From: Podarcis erhardii
Lineage: Eukaryota
Length of the DNA: 64,000 nucleotides
Assembly: GCA_964252035.1 (NCBI GenBank)
Contig: OZ176200.1
Strand: one strand, 5' to 3'
Shown: piece by piece, positions 21,958 to 36,168 of the stretch
Position numbering within the stretch: position 1 is the stretch's first letter
Layout: every line of letters starts with the position of its first letter
Translations under genes and position numbers: made by a program
The notes under the pieces: model-generated
What the model saw: the letters and a program-made list of their open reading frames with translations, nothing else
Told to the model about the DNA's origin: nothing
The model's database searches: none

Positions 21958-24900
21958 CCATGGTCATCTGGACACATCACACCCTCCCAACGTTACTTTT
22001 ACACAGCCCTCTGGTATTCTGCAACTGCTGCACTTAACAAAAATAATATTTTTCTTAGATTCTGTTGCATGATAGCGCACATGCTATAATAAAATGTCAT
22101 TTCAAAACATTCTGTTTGTGTCGGTATGCAACGACGTTGGAATATTCTGGATGCAACTTCATCAGCTTTCACATGGAGCAATTGGACTTGGCTCTGATTT
22201 GGGAATCATTTATTCATTTCAATTGGAAGCTCTTTGGGGCAGGGACTGGTAAACTGCAAGCAAAGTATTATCCCTTATTTTGGAAGGGCAAAACGAGTAA
22301 CCTTTGCGGAGGGCAATTCAGCATCTTTCATCGTTCAGCAGTTGCCAGGTTAAGTAGGGGGATTCCTGAAGCAGGAATGCTTCAGAGCCACAAAACAGAG
22401 CATCCATTTACGCTGGGGGGAAAAAGGTTTGTGTGCATTTTTTTTTTTTCATTGTGATTCTAGTGAAGAAGGGGGAAAACACTATATACACATCCACAGA
22501 GACTAATTTATTCTGACTCAGCAACTGCTTTTAAAGCAATTTTGTGGTGGCAGCAAGGCACCATGCCCGGCTAAAATATCTTGGCTCCACTAGGCTTAAA
22601 ACAAATATGCCAAGGTCTCATGCCAGTGGCAGAGGGCAATTTGAAGGGAATGCAAATAAAGACTTAAGTTCATTCATATTGTTTGCACAGAGAGCTTGAA
22701 AGCTAATCTGGAGAGTGGGTTTTGTGAGATGGAAGCCTTCAGGCTGAGGCATTGTTAGCATTGCCTAGAAAGGCCAGGAGTCCTTTTTCCTCATCTGTGT
22801 TTGCCAATGCATACCGAAAAAGATCTTGCTCAAGTTTCTAGGAAAAAAGGTTGAATCATTTTGTGATTACTGGTCCAAATATAGGACGCTGGGATCTAGG
22901 TTGCCTAAGAATTCTGAAAACTAGTGGCGGGCGGGGGGGGGGGGGAGAAATGAGATCCAATCCAAATGGTAGAGCCCTTCCAGAGCCACATGTACAAAAG
23001 GAAATTCCAATGAAACTCTCCACTTGTGCAATCAGTAAGGTCAGGTGTTGCATTCTCAGATAAACCCTGCTGCCCAGAATAATGGTCTTTAGCTGTATTT
23101 GAAAAGGAAGGGGGAGGTGTTTTTGCTGTCCAGTTTGCTAAGGTCAGCATGGTATGTAGCAGACATTGTTGGACTTTGCCAAAGAAGATGCGACTCCAGA
23201 TCTCTTGTTCACCTGTGAAGCTCACTACATGACCTCAGGCCAGTTACTATCACTCAGCTTGACCTCCATCATAGGGTAGTTGTGAAGAACAAGATGGGGA
23301 GCCCCTTGGAGAAAGCAGGATATTAAAAAATGTACTAATTCTTCCCCCTATATTTCTTTCCTCTTCCTGAAAGTCATTGATAAGAAGGGGATTCCTTTGT
23401 GTCTTGCGATGAATCATCTATTTCAGACCAATATTTTGGTTCATTTATTCTTTGCTGGCCATAGTATTTTGGAGAACACGTCAGGCAGCAGAGTGTATTG
23501 GACTGTCCCTTGGAATTTCAAGGTTAAGGAATAACTTCCTTAGCCACTACACTTCGCAAACCTGCCTTGAACAATAGCTGGACTGAATACATCATTTGAA
23601 TGAGATGGTGAAATCTTGCTAGGCAGAGGGTTAGCATTGCTAGTTTGTTCCCATTACACTGAAACATTCATCGGTCAGGGTTGAATGTTTCCTTCAGCCA
23701 TCGCTCTGTCGTGTATTTTCAGTATCCTGGCATAGGAACACAAAAACAACTCATCCCTTCTCACCATTTGCTCTGGAAAAAGGTCTTAAGTATCTACATT
23801 GTATTGTAGTGGTGAAGCCTCTGACTCTGATTTGAAGAACCACTGGGGTGGTATGGAATACTCATAAATATCCAAACACTAGGTGAACAAACCTGTCTGA
23901 GGATTTGCTGTCTGAGGATTTGTATCCCACTGAGGATTTGCTGTTGAGCTTCTGTGAGAGAAAGGAAATTTGTTTGGCTGGAAATGAAACATCAGAAAAT
24001 TCAGAGAGTTTCAGCCTTTAGGAGCAGGCATAGGATTGGGAAGAGGTTCCAGAAGGCAGACAAGGAACTGAAAAGCAAGTTGAATGAAGAGCACCGGCTA
24101 GTCAACATACTGAGAAAAATAGGAATCTGATCTGAGGGATGGGTAGAGGAAAGGGCAGAGGAAAGAGGAGTCTTGGTTGGAATTAACCAGCCATCATTTG
24201 CACAGCAGACATTTATTTTTTCTTAATTATTTGGGTGTTGGGGGCCACCTGAAAGCTCATTATAGATCACTAGCAGGCTGCAGACTATCATTTTTTAAAA
24301 ATATATTTTCATTCCTCTGCTTTTTTAGAGTTCCTGGAAAATCGTAGGTATTGAGTTTGGGTTCAGGGTCACTGTGATGGAGAGATCAGGAGATACATTC
24401 TCCAGCCACCTCTATTCCTTTTTTCTGTTTGCTACAAGGGGGTAGCCATCTCACTCCAGCCTCTCATCCCTGCTGGTCAACAATGGAGAATCCCAGCCCT
24501 CTTGCACTAATAATATCACCAGTGAGTCATGTGAAAACCTGCCAGCCCAAAGGCATCCTCGTTTGGGGATCTCTCAGCTGCTGAGCAGGCAGGGGCTGGT
24601 GGGGGGGGGGGGAGAACCAAGGAAGAATAGAGCCTGCCGATGTCTGTCATGAGGGGAGGCCACAGCTGTGGATGTGCCGGTGGGGCAAAGCAGGATAGAA
24701 ATCTCTCTTTTCCACTCCAGCAGCTGAGAAAGAGAGTGTAGGGGAAGCCAGGCTGTTGTCTGTCTCCATCAGTTTGCGGTCTGGCAAGAAGGAAATTCCA
24801 TCTCTCCTCTGTCACACCAACAACTGTGTCGCCCAATTTGCCATACGCAATGAGCAGAAATAGAAATCTGAGCACTTGTGCTATGCCCACATTATCATCA

Positions 24901-27900
24901 CCCATATTAAGGGATGAACATTTTTGCAGGAGGACTGCAAGCATCCCAAGACAGAGAGTTATCTGGTTATTATTGTGGGGGAGCCTAAACATCAGGCACA
25001 CGTTTCCAAAATCTTGGCCCCAGATTAACGTGACAAAAGTTCTGGGGAAATCTACTGTGGAACTGCTTTTGGGACACAGTCCTAGTCGCGAGTACAAGTG
25101 CTCCTTCTGCACCTTACTCCCCAAGTGACAGTGGGGAAATTGAAATATTTGGTTGGCCGTTCAGGAAGTCATCATGCCAAACTGCGGAAAGGAAGCCATC
25201 AGGTGCTGAGACAGCAGGCAGTTGTGTGGTGATGGTGGCCACATGCCCTGCTTTACGGAGGACAATCCTCTGCCTAAAGGTGTCCTCTATTTAAAAGGCT
25301 GTCCTGTCCAAATCTTTAAGATAAAGAGCCGTCAGTCAGAACAGCAAGCTGAGCAGGCATCCAGATTGCCTGGTCAGCCTTCTTCCATGATGGGGAGATA
25401 TATCTTATTTCCACTTAAATCACAGTAGTTATCTCTAAAGTTGCATCTACACATGTAAGTTAGCATATGAAAATTTTATGAAAATTGGTGCCCACTTTTG
25501 TCCTCTTTTTTTTGGCAAGTTTGCTTACAGTCAGGTGGTGTTCTGGCCTAACTGGCTGGGGAGGGCTGCAGGCTGCGGACTGCGGACTGGCCAACTGCAG
25601 GCAGGCTTGGGTACAGGAATTCCCTGGGGGCAGGTCCAACTGGCCAAGGGGCAGAGCTTAGCCCTGCTCCCAGAGGGAATAAACTGAGGCCAGTCCAGCC
25701 CCCCTCCCAGCTTTTCCATTGGATCTTGTAGGACAGAGATTGTCCATCGTGGGCAGAGATTAAGGACACGGAACATCGTGAAGGAGCATAAGGGTTTATG
25801 ATCTGGAGAAAGGCTCCCTTTCGTCTTCTCTTTTTTGGCAATGTATAATTAGCCACCCAATATGCGGTGAGCCTGGATGGGGTCAGGAATGCCTTTGAGC
25901 CTGGCTATGGCATGAGGTCCTGCCTTCCCATGTGCCGTGCTGCTGCCTGAATCCAAGCTGAGTAGACTAAGTGTTCCAGGGTTCGGAGTGGTCAAGGGCA
26001 CCCCAGAGGCGGTTTTAGGTTAGCAGTTTGGCCACATTGAGTGCTGCACTGCAGGGGGCACTGCAACAATGATGTAGAATAGAGTGCAAGAGGTGGGGGT
26101 GCTGAATTGCACAAGGCACCAATAAAATTTGATAGCCCAAAGTCCTCTAGTGGGGACCCTCCCAAGCCCTTCTTTACCTTCAAGGAGCAGCCTGTGCAAA
26201 AGTGAGAATTATCTGATTTGGCCTCTCGGCTCCTTGGCTCTGCCAACAGTGCAAAGGGAGGATGCTTGGCCCTGGCAAATGCCACCATCTGGAGCCAGCT
26301 CTCCAAAGCATGGGGTTGGCAATGTGTCCTGCAGCATGCATGAGGGTGGCAGCATCTCTGGACATGACTTAGGTGGCACACTTGCCAGAAAGGTCAGCCA
26401 CCGTTGTATCGCTCTCTCCCTCCCCAAGAATCCCTGGCGCAGGCTGTGTCAGAGCAAGGCCAAGGGTCTGAATTCCAAAGTCTAAAGCCCATCGCAGAAA
26501 ATGCCCCGCCAGCGTTCCCTTTTCCTTTGAAATGATCTGTGACCTGGCAGTGGGGACACCGGTCATACGTCTTAGGTTGCTGCAATTCCTCTGCTCCCTT
26601 TGCACTTTGCTTTTCAAATTACTCAACAATGTAGCTTTTGGCACCCCTCAGGAGAGCAGGAACATGCTGCAATCTGACAGGCATCTATTAAGAATGGTGT
26701 TTGTGGCCGGGGCGGAGCATGCTATTTTCCATCTCAGCTTTCAGATTCTGCCCCAATAAAATCCAAACTCTTGCACTGACAGCTCAGATTCTGTGATCAA
26801 AATAAATCACCCACGGTGATCATCAATAAGCTTTGTGTAATATCGCTTCTGTTACTGTTATGTTAAGTGGCTCAGTTTCCATATTGCTGCTCCTTACAGA
26901 AACAAACATGGTGTTAACTGGAGGAAAGGTCCCCAGCTAGAGTTGTACTGTAAAGATACAGAAGGAAGAAAATCTACTTTTCTGGAGCTGTGCTTCACTC
27001 ATTTATTGATTTGTTTGTTTGTTTTCAAAACTTACATCTCTCCTATTTAACTATAAAATAATTCAAGGTGTTTCACAGCCATTCAGTATCAAGCATGCAT
27101 TACACCACCATAATAACAAAATAACCAAGGAGCCAAAATAGGAAGCAAAACAATCTAATAAGCGGGAAACCAGAAACAAATGGAGGGCAACAGGAACAGC
27201 ATTGATATGCCCACATAAGAAGGAATACTGGAGGCCCTCATCATTAACCAGGTGCCAAAGGCATACAGCATTGAACATTGGCAGAACTCAACTGAGGGAA
27301 GATGGGCACCACCACTGAAAAGGCCTTGCTGCCCACTGCACCTCAGACGACCGAAGGAGGCCTCTGTGAAACTTTAATTGAAACTGTGGACACATTTTCA
27401 AACAATGAGGATGAGAAACTTGCTTCTTTAAAAATGATAGCTGGCATTCTCAGGTATTCACCCCAGGAAGCAGATAATCAACCAATCATTAGATTCCACC
27501 CAAAAAGTGACATTCATAGCACTGCAGAAGGCCAGCAGCCTTGTGTTTAGCACATTGCTGCTACTGAAATCTGCCCGTCTGCCTGTGACTGCTAGGCAGA
27601 GCCCTGCTTTTAGCCACCGTCCCCAACACCACCACTGCTTGCTGCAGCAGCTGCACATTGCATGCAATGGTTTGTTGAAAAAAACCCAACAGTCAAGGAC
27701 CTGTAGAGACCAGGTGTCATGATCACATGGAGCTACTACAAGCAAATAGGTTCTCGCCCATTGGGATTTCTCTGCAGACAACCTTGTGGGACATGTGGTC
27801 GCTATAGTAAGCTGTTACAACATCAGAGGGTGGTGGCTCTGAGCAGGGCCCTGTTCTGCAGTCTCCACAGAAATGTCCTACATGTGAGGAAAGCACAAAC

Positions 27901-28227
27901 TGGGTTATTTACATGTTCCCCTTGAATATTTGGGGAGCATGATTGTCACCCCACCATAATTAACTTGTGTGCAACTTTATTTTTGAAGGGAGGTGTTCCT
28001 TTTTGGAGAAAGCAAATATTGTTTCAATGCAATCTGACTCCAAACTAGCTTAGAATTGATCATACCTTATATTTATTTGTGAGCTGTGCCCCACATTGCA
28101 AAGCTGTTGTACTGATAAATTGGAAGTGCATCTGTATGGAGGCATAATCTGGAGGCAAATCTCATTCAGATTAACAAGGCAACAATTTTAGGACTGGGTG
28201 ACAAAATTTGATTTGTAAAGCACTTTA

Positions 28228-28453
28228 CAGTGGTACCTCAGGTTACAGACGCTTCAGGTTACAGACTCCACTAACCCAGAAATAGTACCTTGGGTTAAGA
28301 ACTTTGGTTCAGGATGAGAACAGAAATTGTGTTCCAGCAGTGCGGCGGCAGTGGGAGGCCCCATTAGCTAAAGTGGTGCTTCGGGTTAAGAACAGTTCCA
28401 GGTTAATAACGGACCTCCGAAATAAATTAAGTTCTTAACCCAAGGTACCACTG
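28228..28453. mobile_element. Tigger/pogo-like (Tc1/mariner superfamily) MITE
   Basis: TA TSD on both sides; TIR CAGTGGTACCT / AGGTACCACTG; similar copy at 41876-42101. Confidence 0.9.
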
Positions 28454-28690
28454 TATGTGGTGAAACGTGCCATAGTGATGATGGCAGTCGTCTTTTTACC
28501 AAGGTGCTCGGTGCTTACCCATTCAGAGAAACTTCCAGCTCTGCTATGCAAATACCACTGATTCAATAAAAGTTATGCACAGGGGAAAATAAAGGACCCT
28601 ACCTGCATTTCACAGTCATTGAGCAATCCGTGTTTTAACAACATAAAGATATTTAAGAACATTGCCACACCGGCCATGTAAACAGTAAAA

Positions 28691-29319
28691 AAAGGTAAAG
28701 GTAAAGGACCCCTGACAGTTAAGTCCAGTCGCGAACGACTCTGGGGTTGCGGCGCTCATCTTGCTTTACTGGCCGAGGGAGCTGACATTTGTCTGCAGAC
28801 AGTTTCTCCGGGTCATGTGGCCAGCATGACTAAGCTGCTTCTGGTGAAACCAGAGCAGTGAACAGAAATGCCGTTTACCTTCCCACTGGAAGAAGAAGAA
28901 GAGGAAGAGTTTGAATTTGATATCCCACTTTATCACTACCCTAAGCAGTCTCAAAGCGGCTAGCATTCTCCTTTCCCTTCCTCCCCCACAACAAACACTC
29001 TGTGAGGTGAGTGAGGCTGAGAGACTTCAAAGAAGTGTGACTAGCCCAAGGTCACCCAGCAGCTGCATGTGGAGGAGCGGAGATGCGAACCCGGTTCCCT
29101 AGATTACGAGACTACTGCTCTTAACCACTACACCATACTGGCTCCCACCAGAGCGGTACCTATCTACTTGCACTTTTTGGCATGCTTTCGAACTGCTAGG
29201 TTGGCAGGAGCTGGGACCGAGCAATGGGAGCTCACCCCATCACGGGGATTTGAACTGTCGACCTTCTGATCGGCAAGCCCTAGGCTCAGTGGTTTAGACC
29301 ACAGCGCCACCCGCGTCCC
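28691..29319 (-). mobile_element. Sauria SINE (Squam1-type), interrupted by a Squam3-like SINE
   Basis: Reverse head GGGACGCGGGTGGCGCTGTGG and (ACCTTT)n tail; the two halves are contiguous across 28889-29146. Confidence 0.9.
28889..29146 (-). mobile_element. Squam3-like SINE nested in a Sauria SINE
   Basis: Near-identical to 4358-4587 plus tail 2294-2379; (GAA)n tail. Confidence 0.9.
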
Positions 29320-29940
29320 TATGTAAACAGTAATGTTATATAATAAAATATTCCAGGAGAAAATTTGACCCATTTCCATCCACAGCTAATGTTGGATTTT
29401 AAAGGACCAGAATGTCTATGCTTTGTGGTACACCAAGAGTGACTTCTACTAGGGTTTGGATTATGGATGCAGACTTTTTCACTGCCAGCAAAATCTGTTT
29501 TACAACAATCCTAACCTTGCAGTCCCAGACGCATCCAGGAGATGGAGTAAAAGTTAACCAAAAGAATACTTCTGAAGACTTGGCTGTGTTTGGATGGAGA
29601 AGCAAATATCTGTGCCATGGCCATTTTGAGCTCTCTGATCAGTAGCAAATGCTGCCTGACGTGACACATGGAACTGCTCGCCAAGTGGAAATAAAACCCA
29701 TGCTTCATGAAAGGAAAAACATGTTGTTGTTGGGTTTGTTTTAAAAAAAGAGAGAGAAAAGAGAGAAAGAGAAGAAACATCAAAAATTCATAGGAAGTAT
29801 GATGACTGGCAAGCTGGACTCATTAGGCTCAGTTCAGATCATGTTTACACTTGCATAAATCCAAAGCGGTGCCACTGAGGTCTAGAGGGATGCTCCAGTA
29901 AAGCAATCTGACTCTACTCACTAGCTTTAACCATATCCCA

Positions 29941-30117
29941 GGAGAGGGGCCAGAGCTCAGTAGTCAAGCATCTGCTTTGCATGTAGACAGTTCAGTCTCT
30001 GGCATCTCCAAGTATGGCAAGGATACAGCCCTTTCAGAAACCCTGGAGGGCTGCTGCTATTCAGTGTGGATGGTTCTGAGCTAGATAGACCAAATGGCAG
30101 CTTCCTATGCTCCTATG
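29941..30117 (+). mobile_element. Squam2-like tRNA-derived SINE (degenerate)
   Basis: GGGGCCAGAGCTCAGTAG...GCATCTGCTTTGCATG...TGAGCTAGAT...GGCAGCTTCCTATG. Confidence 0.7.
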
Positions 30118-30290
30118 TTGTGCAGGATATTAGATATGGTGGGGGGGGGCATGCACATGCCCCCCAGATCTGTAGAGCATGGATAATACGGTATGACAGT
30201 GCCTGTTACCAATAGCTGTTTGAAACTAGCAAGATGACCATCATTATGATGCTAGATGAGTCTGCAAGTGCACCCATGTGGTCACCATGG

Positions 30291-30377
30291 TGCCATCCAA
30301 ATGCTGTTGGACTCCAACTCCCACAAGCCCAATGGTCAAGTATAATGGGAGTTGGAGTCCAACAATATCTGGAAGGC
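30291..30377. mobile_element. Internally deleted palindromic MITE (family of 40084-40219)
   Basis: TGTTGGACTCCAACTCCCA...TGGGAGTTGGAGTCCAACA inverted pair. Confidence 0.65.
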
Positions 30378-32306
30378 ATTACTTTTACATTACTGCCCTG
30401 AACTACTGGGTGGTGCCATTCTGTGGTGCTTTGCAAGCAGCTACTTATTGCTCTGCTTTGAAGCAAGCCTTCCCCAGTGGCAAGCTTGAAGAATAAGCTC
30501 TGTCCTCCATTCAGCATGGCCCAAGTAAGCTCCTTTTCCCTCCTGCAGTGAATGGCTTCTGTTCACTTGTATGGAGTACATGGGTGTACTCTGAGATGTC
30601 ACTGAAGTGAGGATTCAGCCTGCTCTCCCTGCTGTTGTGAACCCCAGCTCTTGTGAAGCAAGCCTGCTCTGGTCTGTACAACCTCTGCTCTTTATTTGCA
30701 CAGATTCTCTCCCCACCCCCCACCCCCACTAAAAAGTGGGATAAAATGCTAAACCATAACTCAGCAGTGATGCAAAAGATCCCATGTTCCATCTCTAGCA
30801 TCTTCCGGTAGGGCTGGGAAAGACTCTCTGAAACCAAAGGGACTTTATCCCTCTCTTCTTCCCCCACGTGTGCCCTACAACCTCCCCAGATCTGCTTGTC
30901 TGGGGGAACCCCTACAACAGATTTAGGGGCTGTGCAGGGGAAGATGGAGGGACAGTCCTGTTGCACAAGCATGACTCCTTCTGCTGATGGAACATTTTAC
31001 CCAGCACTACTTTGGATACAAGGCAGCTTTCTATGCTCCAATACACATCGACGCCCTGCTCAGGCGTCATGCCTCAACAGGAAATTTCCACCCGCGTCAA
31101 AGGTAGGAGGACCACACATGCTGGGCCCACTCCCAAAATATCTGGCTCTGCCTGCTCATTCCCAACCTTCATGCGTCGAATGGGAAAGCTCTGAGGGGGG
31201 CATTTGCCCACGTTTGCTTGAATGTGAATAGAAAGCTCCCACAGGATGGGGAATCCAGATTAAATAGGATTCCTGGTCACCCAGGGAGTTATACTTGCAT
31301 TTAAAATAAGGTGTGCTTTCCTTGCTCGACACAGAAAGGCGGGAATAGGGGGAGGGCAATGCACCTGGCCCAGGCCTCCTGCGTGGGTATTATGCCTCTA
31401 TTTATTGAACCCTAGGGAACGTTCACCACTATATCAAAAGACGGAGAACGCTGTCACCTTGTCATTTCAAATTTCTGTAAATATTTATCAAGTCCTAGAG
31501 GTACGGCTTGGGAGACTGTGGCAAAACTGGGTGATGTGTTTGCATTGTCTGCCATCTGTAAGATAGACAGGCAGATACCAATAACCACAGACCTGGCAAG
31601 TGACATTGGGTCATTGTGTTTCCATGGGCCTTCCACCATCTGTTTAGGTCTGCATAGTCTAAACATGAAGGCCACAGTTCAGAAGAACCTGACAAATATC
31701 TCTGTGCACCCAGCAGATCTGAGTTCTGTGTTTCTCAGAGAGCCCTCCGTGCCGCTCAGCAAAGCCCTTTTCAAATCAAAAGCCGTTTCTGATGCAGCAG
31801 GTGAGGGCTGCCCTCGCAAGAAAATAAGCGGAAAGCAAGGCTATGCCAAACTCCCTTGAGAAATTTCGCTCATCTGATCAAACTTTCATTTGACCTCTCT
31901 CAAAATTCCTCAGATGTTTTGGCTGGAGAGGGGCCTCTGTAGTCACTTGAATTTTGCTTTAAGCAAAACCTGGGGGTAATCCAGGAACGATACATGGAAC
32001 CTGGCAAATCCAAGGACAAAACTGCCTGTATTTGGAAGGCAAGTGCATTTAGAGTCCTACTCTTCTCCCACATGCAATCCACATGCAGGGGCATTTGATG
32101 TAGGCTTGGGGTTTTTTTTTGGGGGGGGGTGGCAGGCGACAGAATTCAATCCAGCAATCCCCTCCACCGACATTCTGAGATGGTTCTCTCTCATAAGGAT
32201 ATTTTCTGAATGCTTGTACCAGCTCTCAGTTAACTAACAAAACAACAGAGACCACACCTGCAGCTCACTGTTAAACAGATTAGAGAAAATAATAAATATA
32301 GTGGTC

Positions 32307-32584
32307 TAGGGCTGCCATACATCTGGAAAACCCAGAAATGTTCTCTTTTGGAGGGCCAACATGCCCATCTGGGAGGATTTTTACATTTTAAAGGAAATTT
32401 CCAGTTTTTTGGGCTTGGGTGGCTAAGGCTTGGGCTGCTCTGCACATTACAGCTGCTGCCAGCCTGAGCCAGGGAAAGCAAGCCCAGTGGCAGCCCTGCA
32501 TGCCCTCACACCTCTTTCTCCAGCTCAGGCTAACAGCAGCTCGGGCTGTCTTCTTTTTTCTCTCTTCAAGATATGGCAACCCTA
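32307..32584. mobile_element. hAT-type non-autonomous element
   Basis: TIRs TAGGGCTGCCATA / TATGGCAACCCTA; no intact TSD seen. Confidence 0.7.
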
Positions 32585-32729
32585 CCTAGGCTTGATTGTT
32601 TAAGCAGCTGAAATAAATGGGAGTTCTAATCTGCTCTAGATTGGAAGTTTAGGGAAGTGTTTGGGGAGGAAGGAAGCTAAAGGAAGGGAGAGATCTTAAA
32701 GATCTGTGTTTCTGTGCCACATACAGTGA

Positions 32730-34046
32730 AGTGAAGAGAAGTTAGCTCCCTCTTTTTGGGGGGCTGCTTTGCGGGCAGGAATCCGGGTCTTTCACAATGA
32801 CCCGGCAGTGGGCGGAGGAACGCAGGCCATGTCAGCAGGATCCCCGGCCATGTCACGCCCCCCAGCCAGCCAATCGGGTTTGCCTGGGGCAGTGGCTATA
32901 GCTGTTTAAATTGTGGCGCGGCCAGGGAAGCAGCCTCCTTTTGCCTTCATTCTCAGGATCTCCCAGCCCACTCACCCTCTTTTCTTGCGTGGATTGACTT
33001 GTTGTTGTTGTTGTTTAGTCATTTAGTCGTGTCTGACTCTTCGTGACCCCATGGACCAGAGCACGCCAGGCACTCCTGTCTTCCACTGCCTCCCGCAGTT
33101 TGGTTAAACTCATGCTGGTAGCTTCGAGAACACTATCCAACCATCTCGTCCTCTGTCGTCCCCTTCTCCTTGTGCCCTCCATCTTTCCCAACATCAGGGT
33201 CTTTTCCAGGGAGTCTTCTCTTCTCATGAGGTGGCCAAAATATTGGAGCCTCAGCTTCATGATCTGTCCTTCCAGTGAGCACTCAGGGCTGATTTCCTTA
33301 AGAATGTATAGGTTTTATCTTCTAGCATTCCATGGGACTCTTAAGAGTCTCTTCCAGCACCATAATTCAAAAGCATCAATTCTTCGGCGATCAGCCTTCT
33401 TGATGGTCCAGCTCTCACTTCCATAAATCACTACTGGGAAAACCATAGCTTTTACTATACGGACCTTTGTTGGCAAGGTGATGTCTCTACTTTTTAAGAT
33501 GCTGTCTAGGTTTGTCATTGGTGGATTGACTATGGCCTTGCTATCACTAATGTCGGTTGCCTGGTTGTGGGGGCTGGGTAGAAATTTTTCCACTTGGCAA
33601 AATTGCCCATTTGGTTTTTGCCTACCTAGAAGCAATTGTCACAACTTTGTAAGGTTAGGCATTGGGTAAGCCTTATTATGGGAGGAGAGGTTATTTCCGT
33701 CTGCCCCTCCTCGTTAAGGGTATCCTGTTAAAGGGATCCAGGGGTGTGGTTCCTGTCCGAAGCCTGGGCGTCTGTTAGGGCCATTCCATGACCCCAGCGG
33801 TGACCCTGGGGGTGCTCTTAATCGATGTATATCATATGGCTCCCCCTTCCGGTGGTTAACTCTTATGAGACTTCCTGCAGTCGGTCAGGAGTCAGGATAT
33901 AGTCTTGCTTCACCCAACTGCCTAAGCCAAACTGCTCACATCTGTAACCAACAAAGTTGTGGCCTTATTTTTCCCATTAACCCAATATACTTGTATTGGT
34001 GTATTTATTTTGGAGCAGGCTGTGGGGCCCGGGGCCTTGCCATGCA
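32730..34046 (+). mobile_element. LTR-like element (Gypsy or DIRS type), interrupted by BovB; ends approximate
   Basis: CpG-rich, with GCCAATC then TTTAAA promoter-like motifs and an AACAAAGTTGTGGCC poly(A)-like block; the halves are contiguous across the BovB TSD; element TSD not resolved. Confidence 0.45.
33000..33520 (-). mobile_element. BovB (RTE-clade LINE) 3' fragment
   Basis: LKLRLQYFGHLMRREDSLEKTLMLGK...RWLD...WRALVHGVTKS; (CAA)n tail; 11-bp TSD GTGGATTGACT (32989-32999, 33521-33531). Confidence 0.95.
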
Positions 34047-36168
34047 ATGAGACATCTTTCTTATTGTGGATTCATGATGATTTCTGCCCCTGATATTATC
34101 TGGGCAGTTAAGTCCAAGAAAGCTTTGAATAATGTTTGCATCTTCAAAAGTTTGGGGTGCTCATCCATTCTGTGCATGTCCTGTAACTTCCTGCTGAAAT
34201 CCTGCAACTTCTTATACCTCAGTAGTTCCATGTGTGTGTTTTGTCCTACTTTTTTTGTGCTATAGTGCAAGAGTGCCCATAATGTGACAGTCTTAAGGAA
34301 GCATTGCAGAACAACTAATAAGGTGGAATGATTTGTGAGTGGCAGACCCGTGCAGAGGAGGACCTCAGAGGGCTAAGCCAGCTGTGGGGTGAGGGCTGCC
34401 AGAGGTCTGCCAGATTTACACTGTCATACCAAAAACTTTACTTTAACAAGACTCCTGCCCAAGGCCTCAGACAAGCTCTGCAAGAGCCTGATGGGTTGCC
34501 CAAGTATAAATCTACCACTAATGTCCTATTAGGGCTTATTGACACTTCCCCTTGTCGCAGTCTTTCTGCCTGGGGAAAACTGCTCTTTAGCACTCAATCA
34601 GAGCAAACAGCAATTGGGGTTTCCTTCCAGACTAACGTTTGCTCTGATTTAGCACTAAAGAGTGAATTTCCCCTAGGAAAGAAGCAAGGAAGGGTGGAAA
34701 CCACTTGAACATGTGCTTTCTAGGCATGGGACAAGCGAAAGTGTGAACAAGCCCTTAGTGTATAAATGGCATGTTGCAGAATACCGTTGCAAACACACCC
34801 CAGTCTGGAAGGGCACTATATCTGTGTTATATCAACCTGTGCAAATTAACTATGTCTTAATTAGATTTGAAAAGAAGATCACTCCTTGGAGGCAGAAATG
34901 CCTTTAGGACAGACCTGTAGATGAGCACAACACACATCACACCTTTTGACTCCGCAAAATCTGTTTGACCAGAGGCAACAATGGGACAAAAGAAATGCGT
35001 GTGTACACTGAAGGAAGCGATGCCTCTCTTAAAGCACTTTCAACTCTTTTAAGAAATAAGTGATTCATGATACACTCAGCCCCCTATTCTCTGCTAAGCC
35101 ACTGGGTATAAGGTGACCTGGAAAGCAAAGCGATTACAATCTTCTGATTAGGATTAGGCGGGCCTGGCAACACAATTATCTTCCCTCACCTCTGCTCTTC
35201 TGCCTACCCTTTGTAACTCTGGCCAGTAAACATCATTATCATTGGCTTCCCCGTGAGAAAGTCAGCTTGTTGCTGCACCATGCTTACCACATCAGTCAAA
35301 AACAAAAATCAAAATGTACATTGGAGGTGTCTCTAAAACAATCGCTTTGCGCAAGAGACGGCATAAAGTGCTAGCACCAAGGACAGAAGGCAAAACAGTA
35401 ACTAGCAACAACCTGAATAATGAAGGGAATTACACATAAATTCACGGAGTACTTCAGATAAAGAATTCAGCAGTTTTCGGAGTTTGGTAAACAGGATACA
35501 GACAACACACCATATCTGTTTGTAGAAGCACATTTTGTGACCTCAAAGCTGCAGCAGCGAGCAATTTTGTTAAGAAAGGCATTTGGTCAAAAATAAAGAT
35601 ATTCTACATTGTAACGTTGCATCTCTCATGTGGAGATTTGTTTTTGCAGCAAGTGGCATTATTGTTCAACTTTAAAACGGGGGGGGGGGGGGGGACGGGA
35701 CCTGAAACTCAGATATAAGAAATAGCTGGTTGCCAGCGTTCTGAACATCTTTGATTGAGGATGTGGAAATAAGGGGGTGCTAACAACCTGACCTTAGGCA
35801 GTTTTTGTGAAAGGTCACATAAAGAAAAAGCCAAGGTCTTAGAGAGAGATATACAGAGAAAGTGGCAAATCCAAGGATAAAACTGCCGCTTTCCAGTCAC
35901 TTTCATCATATTCATGACATCAGACTAACTGGCCTGGAGGAAAAATGATATTGTAAAGAAAATAGCACACTTGAAGTCATTTGGAGCTAGTCCCTTCACC
36001 CCAGAATTGTGAATGCACTCTGCCCCAGTGGAGGGAGAAATGTCTTGTGGGTACAAGTAGTGCTAACTGGCTCTGCTATCTAACAGCCTATGTCTCACAA
36101 CTGCGTAATGCATCCCAGGCAATCAGTTTCACTTTGTAACTTTGCAAAGGAAAGTTACAGTACAAAAT

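Noticed and set aside
23893-23945. Three TGAGGATTTG repeats with a short spacer, CRISPR-like at a glance
   Set aside because: A short local tandem duplication in a eukaryotic genome, with no regular repeat-spacer array.
24516-25124. 202-aa minus-strand ORF
   Set aside because: No recognisable motif or exon structure; composition looks random.
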